Virus record (IMG/VR): IMGVR_UViG_3300050343_000255
Location: 32,001 to 96,000 of that record
Source: a virus
DNA: 64,000 bases
Direction: 5' to 3' (one strand)
Shown: positions 10,456 through 18,424 of the stretch, piece by piece
Layout of the letters: the number at the start of each line of letters is the position of its first letter
Numbering within the stretch: position 1 is the first letter of the stretch
Made by a program: the position numbers and the translations under genes
Notes under the pieces: generated by a model
Told to the model about the DNA's origin: nothing
What the model saw: only the letters and a program-made list of their open reading frames with translations
The model's database searches: none

Positions 10456-10692
10456 ATGAAATCCACAGATATCAAGATTGGTCAACGAGTATTTGTTGCG
10501 CCACATAATCGAATTGCATTAGTCGTAGGAAAGCCAGAGTATTACACTCCTCGTGCTCGTCTCGTTCGGATCAAGTTTGAAAATAGTACTAGGTTTGAAT
10601 ACAAACTCAACCACCAACTAGACCTACTGCCTACTGAGTACCAATACAAAGCACATGGTGGTAGTCACGTAAAGCCTGCTGGTGATTTTTGA
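10456..10692 (+). CDS. hypothetical protein (possible SH3/KOW-like barrel)
   Basis: IKIGQRVFV start; clean ORF. Confidence 0.55.
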   Translation: MKSTDIKIGQRVFVAPHNRIALVVGKPEYYTPRARLVRIKFENSTRFEYKLNHQLDLLPTEYQYKAHGGSHVKPAGDF

Positions 10693-11492
10693 TGCCTGAA
10701 TCACAGCCCAGTAAAAAAGTAGGTGGGCACACTTACGGTCGAAGAAATTTAAACATGTCTAATACCGCAGAAGAGGGAGCTCTCTGTCTCTATAGCGGTC
10801 ACTCCATAGGCAGGTTTAGCTCTTCTTCTATGCGCTATGACAGTCACCAAGCTTGTGTGCGCTGTGTAGCTGCTGCAAGAGAAGGGCGCATGTCTTTCAA
10901 TATTGATCGGCTTCTCAAAAAAGAACGTAAGCGTGCACTGAAATTCTGGTCAAAAGTTGATATTGGTCAACCTGATGACTGCTGGGAATGGCTTGGCTAT
11001 AGGTGCAAAACAAATGGCATGCCTCAATTTCCATGGAGGCGTCCAGGAATTAGTACCAGTACACAGCACCACCCACAAAGAGTTGCTATGTGGTTTACCT
11101 GGGGAGACCTTGGCTATACCGGAGTCAAGTCAACGTGTGGGAACAAGTACTGCTGTAACCCATTTCATCTTATACCCCAAAAGATTGGGGTTTTTGTTGA
11201 CTGCGATTCCTATCTAGAAAGTTTTGAGTTGGCTTGTGAACTTCACACCTTAAAGCAGCAAATTGCGGAATACAATTTAGAAGAAGCAATGAAAGAACAA
11301 GAGAAACTAATTAGTCAACAAGAACTTGAAGACCGATCAAATCTATTGTTCGAACCTGATTCAAATTTCTCAGACAGGTTCCAAGCTGTTGTGGAAGATA
11401 TGTTGAGTGGGAGACACCCAAGTCAACAAATCAAAATCCTAATAGTCTTTTTCAAGATGACGAGGAAAATACCACAGAAAACTTTTAATTAA
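10689..11492 (+). CDS. His-Me/HNH endonuclease-like protein, catalytic His absent
   Basis: FWSKVD..CWEWLG..HPQRVA..VKSTCGNKYCCNPFHL. Confidence 0.7.
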   Translation: MMPESQPSKKVGGHTYGRRNLNMSNTAEEGALCLYSGHSIGRFSSSSMRYDSHQACVRCVAAAREGRMSFNIDRLLKKERKRALKFWSKVDIGQPDDCWEWLGYRCKTNGMPQFPWRRPGISTSTQHHPQRVAMWFTWGDLGYTGVKSTCGNKYCCNPFHLIPQKIGVFVDCDSYLESFELACELHTLKQQIAEYNLEEAMKEQEKLISQQELEDRSNLLFEPDSNFSDRFQAVVEDMLSGRHPSQQIKILIVFFKMTRKIPQKTFN

Positions 11493-11520
11493 TCTATCCT
11501 TAGTAAAGAGTCATAAGAAT

Positions 11521-11943
11521 ATGTCAAGACGAAGCGATCTTATTCAACAACTAATTTCATCCAAGAAATTTGGTCCTGAAAAGAAACAAGAGCAGGAGTT
11601 CCTCATGGCTACTGCAGAGTTGATTCTTTCTGACCTGATTAATATTGCACTTACTGGTGTTGAAAAAAGGGGAACTGGCTCATTAGTCATCAACCTTATG
11701 AATGACTCTACGACGTTCATGTGGCCTGAATCAATTGAGTTTGATTTGAAAACAGCTGAGCGAGAAGAAGACGAGGATATCGTTGACTTTCTACGTGATC
11801 TGCTTGAAGAAATCGAAACCAATGACTGGTCAAAAAATGTATTAATAACATTAATTAGCGATGCTGGAACAAGAACATTTGCAGTCGAAGCAGGTCGGTG
11901 CCAAGAGGGCCTTAGAGCGCTCGCAGAAGAATTTATCGGATAA
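11521..11943 (+). CDS. acidic hypothetical protein
   Basis: Clean ORF in operon. Confidence 0.65.
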   Translation: MSRRSDLIQQLISSKKFGPEKKQEQEFLMATAELILSDLINIALTGVEKRGTGSLVINLMNDSTTFMWPESIEFDLKTAEREEDEDIVDFLRDLLEEIETNDWSKNVLITLISDAGTRTFAVEAGRCQEGLRALAEEFIG

Positions 11944-12529
11944 GCTTGCCGCCAAAGGTCTAAAGCTACCGTTATATCCGACACCTCAGATCATTGATCG
12001 AGCTCGTGCTGTCATGGGCAGTATCGACTTTGATCCAACTTCAGATCCTGTTCAACAGGTTCTTGTTGATGCAACATCCGTACCAAGCATTGAAGTCAAT
12101 CCTTTGCAGGAGCATTGGCACGGAAACGTATGGGTAGCACCTAAAGGAGCTGTACGTGATTGCCGGATTTGGCTTAATAAAACACTGAGTGAATATCGCA
12201 ATGGATATATTAATAGTTTTGTTTTATTCAGCAGTGCTTCAGAATTACTACGGGCTGCACCTGTTGTATGGGATTATCCAATCTGTATTCCGTTTAAACG
12301 GGTAAAGCAACTGCGTGCCACAGCTACTGGCTTTGAGCCAGTTTCTCCTTCTACTTGGAACCTAATCATATATGGTCCACCAATTAATCAAGCGCTAACT
12401 GATATTGACAAAGTCTCTCTGTTTTACGACAGCTTTAGAGACCTTGGTCGTGTCATCTATAGTGAATATGCAGGAGATGGTTGGAATAAAGATCTTGAGT
12501 ACTACGAAGAAAACAAAGGTAGTATTTGA
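11861..12529 (+). CDS. phage N6-adenine methyltransferase-like protein, catalytic NPP(Y/F) absent
   Basis: YPTPQII..ARAVMGSIDFDPTS..WHGNVWVAP. Confidence 0.65.
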   Translation: MLEQEHLQSKQVGAKRALERSQKNLSDKLAAKGLKLPLYPTPQIIDRARAVMGSIDFDPTSDPVQQVLVDATSVPSIEVNPLQEHWHGNVWVAPKGAVRDCRIWLNKTLSEYRNGYINSFVLFSSASELLRAAPVVWDYPICIPFKRVKQLRATATGFEPVSPSTWNLIIYGPPINQALTDIDKVSLFYDSFRDLGRVIYSEYAGDGWNKDLEYYEENKGSI

Positions 12530-12942
12530 TGTCAAAACATATTGCACCGGACTGTCTGTTAACTCTTCCTTCTAACGATCGGGTTCATCCTTGTCGTTTG
12601 ATTTTAAAAGATGGCACACTAATGTGGAAACATGCACTCTTCTATGAAGATAGTCTTGCATGTATCCCAAAATCCGTTGCACATGAGAGGCACATAATAA
12701 AAACTGCTCAGCGCCTAGAGGAACTGAACAGTTGGATATCACAAGGATTAGAGCCTTGGAACTCTTTAACTATCAAAGGGTGGTATCAGCCTTTCAATCC
12801 TGAACTAAGTGAAGGTATATCTGTATGCTTTACACACAGTTCACATGAGCTTGATTTTACGTTTGAGAATTTATTGCCACACATCCAAGATCATGAGAAG
12901 CTTGAACTAAGAAAAAATTATCTATTCTTTCAACGCTGCTGA
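12526..12942 (+). CDS. degenerate peptidase M15-like protein
   Basis: Pattern GTLMWKHA..IP..HIIKTAQRLE..TIKGWYQP..EGISVCF recalls cyanobacterial M15 peptidases without the Zn ligands. Confidence 0.45.
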   Translation: MMSKHIAPDCLLTLPSNDRVHPCRLILKDGTLMWKHALFYEDSLACIPKSVAHERHIIKTAQRLEELNSWISQGLEPWNSLTIKGWYQPFNPELSEGISVCFTHSSHELDFTFENLLPHIQDHEKLELRKNYLFFQRC

Positions 12943-12948
12943 CAACAA

Positions 12949-12967
12949 GGCCGCATATCTGCGGCTT
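12949..12967. terminator. hairpin between convergent genes
   Basis: GCCGCA-TATC-TGCGGC stem between stop codons at 12942 and 12967. Confidence 0.5.
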
Positions 12968-13284
12968 TAATAGTTTAACGAATCAATCAACCTAGTAAGA
13001 TACCATTGTGCTTTTTCAGCATCTTCTTTACTGTTTGACTTATGCCACATACGCAATAAATACTTCAAGACTTGCGCTTGCAAAAATCCTTGCTTACAGC
13101 TCGGAGCTTTATCAATTGCATCTTCAATTACTTCAATTGCTTCATGGCGTCCTGCCGTGTAATGAGCAGGGCTATTTACCATGTCAGTTGTAACGGGCTC
13201 TGTATATTCCCAAGTACTGAACTTGCTATTACTAAACCCAGAAACATAATCACCGTTGCTAAAAAAGCTATTCTTTTCGTTCAT
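12967..13284 (-). CDS. DUF3310 family protein
   Basis: DMVNSPAHY..EAIEVIE..KYLLRMWHK..EDAEKAQWYL. Confidence 0.85.
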   Translation of the reverse strand: MNEKNSFFSNGDYVSGFSNSKFSTWEYTEPVTTDMVNSPAHYTAGRHEAIEVIEDAIDKAPSCKQGFLQAQVLKYLLRMWHKSNSKEDAEKAQWYLTRLIDSLNY

Positions 13285-13342
13285 GAGTTTGTCTCGCGTA
13301 TTGATTACTCCTTACTTAATATAGGAACTGGAATCATATATT

Positions 13343-13909
13343 GTGGATATGCCGAGCCCTAAAGGTGACCCGACTTACATCAAAAATAAAGAACGATTCT
13401 ACATGAACGTTGCAAAGGCAATTAGCCAAGCATCAACACATCCAAAATGTCCAGGTGGATGTATTATTGTTCGTGATAGAGAGATTATTGGAGATGGTAG
13501 AAGCATACTGACGGATAGCATGGTTGAAATCGATTGCATTTCATATGCAGTCGCAGCTGCAGCCAAGGCAGGAACTCCTGCCATTGGTGGTGTGATCTAT
13601 ACAACAAGATATCCATTTTCAACTTCTGTGTTTCAAGCACACATGATGGGTATCAAAAAGATTGTTCTACTTGCCCATGACTGGGAACCGTATTACAAAG
13701 AAGAGTTCAGACGTTCTGCACGTCTAGCTCGTGAATTGAACATTGCTATTGAGCCAATGTTTGAAGACGAAGACCCAAGATTTACTAAGAATTCAAATGA
13801 CAGAGATATTGACGAAACTCTCTTCCCGGAAGCAAACCCGTTTGCGCCAGATGAATATGATCCAAACAATGCAACACATACCTTCGATGAAAACACAACT
13901 CCTATTTGA
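13343..13909 (+). CDS. dCMP deaminase-like protein, Zn ligands absent
   Basis: YMNVAKAISQAS..GCIIVRD..IIGDG..IYTTRYP..GIKKIV scaffold; HAE and PCxxC replaced. Confidence 0.7.
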   Translation: MDMPSPKGDPTYIKNKERFYMNVAKAISQASTHPKCPGGCIIVRDREIIGDGRSILTDSMVEIDCISYAVAAAAKAGTPAIGGVIYTTRYPFSTSVFQAHMMGIKKIVLLAHDWEPYYKEEFRRSARLARELNIAIEPMFEDEDPRFTKNSNDRDIDETLFPEANPFAPDEYDPNNATHTFDENTTPI

Positions 13910-14411
13910 CCTTGAATCCACAGGCTTACTTCGACGTGGCTCCACAATTCACTGCATGGTTATGCGTGATGCTGTTGATAGCAGCACTCATGTCTTTGAT
14001 CACAAGCCTGAACGTGCATTGATTCAAGGCATCAAACAACTAGAAGATGCAGATGTAATCATCGGGCACAACATTATTGGATACGATATCCCATTGCTCA
14101 AAGAGCAGTATCCAGACTTTGAACCTAAGGGTCAAGCAATGGATACCCTTGTGCTTAGTCGTTTGTTCTATCCACACATCATGGATAGAGATCACGAACG
14201 TCGTCCACTTGGCATGCCTCAACGTTTGTATGGCAGGCACTCACTGGAAGCGTGGGGTTACAGGTTGAAGTGCTTCAAAGGTGACTTTGGTAAGCATGAT
14301 GGCAACTGGGCTGTCTATACACCTGAAATGCTGGATTACTGCATCCAAGACACCGAGGTCACCCTCAAACTATGGCAACTTATGCAACGGAGAATGAACG
14401 ACTATGCCTGA
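13887..14411 (+). CDS. DNA polymerase A 3'-5' exonuclease domain (stand-alone)
   Basis: ExoI FDLES, ExoII GHNIIGYD, DTLVLSRL, HSLEAWG, ExoIII YCIQD; likely ATG at 13887. Confidence 0.9.
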   Translation: MKTQLLFDLESTGLLRRGSTIHCMVMRDAVDSSTHVFDHKPERALIQGIKQLEDADVIIGHNIIGYDIPLLKEQYPDFEPKGQAMDTLVLSRLFYPHIMDRDHERRPLGMPQRLYGRHSLEAWGYRLKCFKGDFGKHDGNWAVYTPEMLDYCIQDTEVTLKLWQLMQRRMNDYA

Positions 14412-14661
14412 TAAAAATGCACCACTAACTTCTGAAGAAATTACAGAAGCAGCAGATATCTTTTTTCCGCTCTTTAATATTGTCGATGAGCGTATGCCTG
14501 AAACAGCATCTACAGAAGATACGTTGAAAGTTATGGAAAACATTGCTAAGTTGGCACAGAAGGAACGAATTAAAAAACGAGAAGAAGCTGTAAAGCTTAA
14601 GTTCGGATTTAATAAAACTACTGATTCAGATGAGGATACTGTCAAAGATGAAAGTGATTGA
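14404..14661 (+). CDS. acidic hypothetical protein between the PolA exonuclease and polymerase genes
   Basis: Overlaps both neighbours; 85 aa. Confidence 0.65.
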   Translation: MPDKNAPLTSEEITEAADIFFPLFNIVDERMPETASTEDTLKVMENIAKLAQKERIKKREEAVKLKFGFNKTTDSDEDTVKDESD

Positions 14662-15955
14662 TTCTGTCAAACTTGAAATGCGTATGGCCAGCATTATGGC
14701 CCAACAGGAAGCAAGCGGATTCCGTTTCGATCTAACCGCAGCTGAGCGAGTTCGTGGTGAGTTTGAACAAGAGATGTCTGATCTACAAGGTCAAATTTCT
14801 AAACGTTTTATTTATGTTCCTGGCAAGGTCTACACACCTAAGCGTTCAAATAAAACCAAGGGTTTTTTCGCTGGTGCTCCGATGACAAAGCTGCTCGACT
14901 TCAATGCAACGAGCCGTCAGCATATTGCGTGGGCTCTACAGAACTTCAGCAAAGCCAGGTTTATCAAGGTTACTGAGACCGGTAAGCCTAAAGTTGATGA
15001 AGCAACTCTGTCTGAGCTGCGAGATACCGCACTGCAGCAAGGGAATACCAAGCTGCATGAGGAGTGTGAGATGTTTATCCGCCTGCTGACTTTGCAGAAG
15101 TGGATGGGACAGTTGTCGGAAGGATCTAACTCATGGTTCAACACCATTGAGGATGACGGATGCATCCACCACAGCTGTTCACTGGCAACGATCAGCGGTA
15201 GAAATGCGCATCGGGGTCCCAACTTGGGGCAGGTCGTAAGTGCACCATGGGCACGTCAGCTATTCATTCCACACCCTGGCATGGTCATGGTGGGGGCTGA
15301 CTTAGAAGGACTCGAACTTCGGGCGCTTGGGCACTACCTAGCCGTCTTCGATGAGGGCGCTTTTGCTGATGTTGTGGTCAACGGTGACATTCATACGCAG
15401 AATGCAGAGCGAGTTGGATGTACCAGATCTGAGGTCAAGTCGCTGGTCTATGGGTTCATTTATGGGGCTGGCGATGTGAAGCTGGGTCATATTTTGCATC
15501 CCGAACTTAGTGACGCTCAGAAGAAATCTCTTGGCACAGAACTACGACGTAAGTTTCTTGATGCGATCCCTGGTCTAGAACCCCTGGTTGATGCAGTCAA
15601 AGCAAAAGTTCGTAGTGCTGGTCAGCTCAAAGCACTAGATGGTCGTCCAATCTTCTGCCGAGCAGAACACAGTTCACTCAACTTCCTGCTTCAGTCATGT
15701 GGTGCGATTTTGAGTAAGCGGTGGTGTGTCATCGGTCAAGACTTACTTGATCAAGCAGGGCTTGCCTATGACAACGACTACACCCGTTGTGCCTACGTCC
15801 ATGATGAAGTTCAACTGTCTGTTGTACCAGCAGAGGTAGACCGTGTCAAAGAGCTCCTAGTGGCTGCTGCTCCTCAAGCAGGGCGTTACTACAACTTCCG
15901 TGTTCCGATTACAGCTGCCGCTGATCACGGAGACAACTGGGCAGCTACCCACTAA
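14648..15955 (+). CDS. polA: DNA polymerase A polymerase domain (T7-like)
   Basis: Motif A DLEGLELR, motif B RSEVKSLVYGFIYG, motif C VHDE; likely ATG at 14648. Confidence 0.95.
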   Translation: MKVIDSVKLEMRMASIMAQQEASGFRFDLTAAERVRGEFEQEMSDLQGQISKRFIYVPGKVYTPKRSNKTKGFFAGAPMTKLLDFNATSRQHIAWALQNFSKARFIKVTETGKPKVDEATLSELRDTALQQGNTKLHEECEMFIRLLTLQKWMGQLSEGSNSWFNTIEDDGCIHHSCSLATISGRNAHRGPNLGQVVSAPWARQLFIPHPGMVMVGADLEGLELRALGHYLAVFDEGAFADVVVNGDIHTQNAERVGCTRSEVKSLVYGFIYGAGDVKLGHILHPELSDAQKKSLGTELRRKFLDAIPGLEPLVDAVKAKVRSAGQLKALDGRPIFCRAEHSSLNFLLQSCGAILSKRWCVIGQDLLDQAGLAYDNDYTRCAYVHDEVQLSVVPAEVDRVKELLVAAAPQAGRYYNFRVPITAAADHGDNWAATH

Positions 15956-15963
15956 TAAATACC

Positions 15964-16152
15964 ATGGATATATCTACACAACGTTGTATTGTCGCTCAAA
16001 ACATTTCTAATCTACTGGAATGGACTAAAGGCTCTGTTCGAATTAAACAATTGGTTTATAGCGATGGTAAGTCGCACACTGAACTTATATTTGATATGGA
16101 CTCTGATATGTATGATTTCTTTAAGGATCGAGTTGATGTAATAACATCTTGA
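15964..16152 (+). CDS. hypothetical protein
   Basis: ORF in operon. Confidence 0.5.
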   Translation: MDISTQRCIVAQNISNLLEWTKGSVRIKQLVYSDGKSHTELIFDMDSDMYDFFKDRVDVITS

Positions 16153-16169
16153 TTGATACAATAGTCTCT

Positions 16170-16355
16170 ATGGAAGACTTACATATTGCTGTTGAGTTTA
16201 ATGAGCGTACAGTACGTGCGCTTCATTCTGCTGTGTCTATGACACTAGAGAAATGGACAGGGCAAGGAGAAGTAGATCAAGAAGAGCTATTTAAGTTAAA
16301 ACATTTCTTACAAGGAGCTATATTTGAATTTGATCTAGGTCGTTCGTTAAAATAG
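16170..16355 (+). CDS. hypothetical protein
   Basis: ATG at 16170 just after TACAATAG (16157-16164). Confidence 0.55.
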   Translation: MEDLHIAVEFNERTVRALHSAVSMTLEKWTGQGEVDQEELFKLKHFLQGAIFEFDLGRSLK

Positions 16356-16376
16356 TAGTATTTCAAAGAGTGTAAT

Positions 16377-17030
16377 ATGGCTGCTCCTTTGCTAAGTATA
16401 TTTCGTCCGGCAGGACAACGTTTATTAGATAATCTTTCTAATAATACTTTTATTGGAGGAACAATATTGGCTGCACAAGAAGCTATTCCTGCAGTCTTTG
16501 GGACCAAACGCACGGATACAAATATTGATCCAAAGATGACAACAGCTATTATTGAAGCTAAAAAATTAGCAGAAAAAAGTGGCAGAAAAAATGTAAAGTA
16601 TGAAGACTACAATAACTCAACTCCCGGAGGATTTGCCGCTGCCAGGACATTTGGTCAAATTGCAGACAATGAATTCAAACGAGACGACAAAGGAAATATT
16701 ACTGGAGTAGTTCAACGCTACGATACAAATAAATCACCTACACAAGCTTTGTCTGAATTTAATATTTCTAATCCAAGTACTTATTACAAACCTGTTGAAG
16801 CATTTCTATCTTCTAATCAAAATAAAGGTGTTACAACCCACGATATCAATTTTTCTTCACCTGTCACGATTGAATCTAATAAGCCACCCAAACCAGTATC
16901 ATACAAAGTTCAACAAGGAGATACACTTACTTCTATTGCAAATAGCATGGGTGTAAACGTAAGTGAGCTTGCTAAAAGAAACAATATTGCTAATGCAAAT
17001 TTAATTAATATTGGTCAAACAATTGTCTAA
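16377..17030 (+). CDS. LysM-domain protein
   Basis: C-terminal YKVQQGDTLTSIA..LAKRNNIANANLINIGQTI. Confidence 0.85.
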   Translation: MAAPLLSIFRPAGQRLLDNLSNNTFIGGTILAAQEAIPAVFGTKRTDTNIDPKMTTAIIEAKKLAEKSGRKNVKYEDYNNSTPGGFAAARTFGQIADNEFKRDDKGNITGVVQRYDTNKSPTQALSEFNISNPSTYYKPVEAFLSSNQNKGVTTHDINFSSPVTIESNKPPKPVSYKVQQGDTLTSIANSMGVNVSELAKRNNIANANLINIGQTIV

Positions 17031-17065
17031 TACGTTATTGCCAATAAACAGCTAGAATATAAATA

Positions 17066-17122
17066 CGTTCATCCCCTAACATAAGGGGACGCAAGTACCT
17101 CAGGAATGGAGGGAAGGAACGG
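17066..17122 (+). promoter_or_regulatory. glutamine riboswitch (glnA / glutamine-I architecture)
   Basis: P1 CGTTC/GAACG, P2 TCCCCT/AGGGGA, GACGCAAGTA junction, P3 CCTC/GAGG, E-loop AGTA/GAA; -10 TAGAAT at 17053-17058. Confidence 0.85.
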
Positions 17123-17150
17123 GAAACTACACCTCACTATGGAGTTTCCA

Positions 17151-17336
17151 ATGACCCAATTACAAGCTCGTGCTATCGAAAATGCACGTCGTGATTTTAA
17201 TCGCGCACGCAATGAACTGCGTACCCATCGTCTTTCTGAGACTGCTTACCGTGGAGTTCCCACTATCACTGAGCGTAAGCAAGCATCTGAAGTCCATGGT
17301 AATTTTGTTTATCGCGGACGAACCTACACTAAATAA
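17151..17336 (+). CDS. DUF4278-like small protein
   Basis: Two YRG motifs (AYRGV, VYRGRTY); GGAG RBS; directly downstream of the riboswitch. Confidence 0.75.
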   Translation: MTQLQARAIENARRDFNRARNELRTHRLSETAYRGVPTITERKQASEVHGNFVYRGRTYTK

Positions 17337-17356
17337 TTACTATCTAATTAAACATT

Positions 17357-17384
17357 AGCCCCCTTAACAGGGGGTCTTTTTTTG
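17357..17384 (+). terminator. intrinsic terminator
   Basis: GCCCCC-TTAACA-GGGGGT followed by C and a T-run. Confidence 0.8.
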
Positions 17385-17428
17385 TGTTTTTATATTTATA
17401 CAATAGATAAAGACTATGTAATAGATAG

Positions 17429-18097
17429 ATGCGTAAAGCGGGTGATCTAATTAATGAATTTTTGCGTGAAGGTAAGCTAAAAGATAATCGCTCAGATCCT
17501 ATTGGGAGTGGCGCTTATGGTGTTGTATATGAATCCGATACACCTGGTAATGTAATGAAGCAAGGTGTTACTGGTGGATTTGATAATGACTTTGTTCAAG
17601 AAGCTAACCTGCAGTCAATAGCAGCTGATATGGGCTTTGCACCACGTGTTGCAGGCGTTGAGCGCTTTACTGGTGGCATTGGTGATCGAATCGAAATGGA
17701 AGATGTACGTAGGAATTTTGAACCTGTCCAAGCTATCCAAGGCTTGTATCCAGCAGATCCAATGTTTAATGTACGTTCATCACAACAGATAGGTCAACTA
17801 GCACTAAAAGGTGTGCGTTTAGATGATCGCAAAGCAGATAATATGATGCAAAATAAAATGACAGGCAGACCAATGCAACTAGACTTTGGTATTGCTGATC
17901 GTGTAACAGCAGAAGATCAAGTAATGGCCTTAGCGGATGCTACAGAAGATGGCTTCCGTGCAGCAGGTATTGGTGATATAGGTGATATTTTTAGAGATAC
18001 TGTTTATGATTTGATTAATGGTGGTCAAATTGATGAAGCTATGGATATAGCCAAGCAAGGCTTTAGTCGTTTGCAAAAGATCAAGCAAGTAGCTTAA
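17429..18097 (+). CDS. protein kinase-like (Ser/Thr kinase fold)
   Basis: GSGAYGVV Gly loop, VMK, alphaC Glu, DRKADN catalytic loop, DFG. Confidence 0.8.
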   Translation: MRKAGDLINEFLREGKLKDNRSDPIGSGAYGVVYESDTPGNVMKQGVTGGFDNDFVQEANLQSIAADMGFAPRVAGVERFTGGIGDRIEMEDVRRNFEPVQAIQGLYPADPMFNVRSSQQIGQLALKGVRLDDRKADNMMQNKMTGRPMQLDFGIADRVTAEDQVMALADATEDGFRAAGIGDIGDIFRDTVYDLINGGQIDEAMDIAKQGFSRLQKIKQVA

Positions 18098-18405
18098 GCC
18101 GTAAATTCTTTGTATAGGTTTTCTTTCACCTGAGTTTCAGGTCGATAAGACTCCGCTCTTGCTTTGTCGTATGACGCCATTTGATTACGCATTTGTTGCG
18201 TAAATAATCCCCCTTTGAAGTCACCAAAACCACCACCAGCAGGTCCTCCATAAGGAACTCCCTGCGTTCCTGGTGTTTGCTCAGTTCTGAATGGCTTACG
18301 ACTTTGATTAAATCTATATGCTGCTGCACGTTGTTTTGCCAATGCAGGTCCACGCCTGCTTGGAGTGTAAGAATCACCTTGGCGTAAACGTCTTCGATCA
18401 ACCAC
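18094..18405 (-). CDS. basic hypothetical protein
   Basis: ORF; stop overlaps the kinase stop. Confidence 0.5.
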   Translation of the reverse strand: MVDRRRLRQGDSYTPSRRGPALAKQRAAAYRFNQSRKPFRTEQTPGTQGVPYGGPAGGGFGDFKGGLFTQQMRNQMASYDKARAESYRPETQVKENLYKEFTA

Positions 18406-18424
18406 TATAGATTCCTACTAATAC

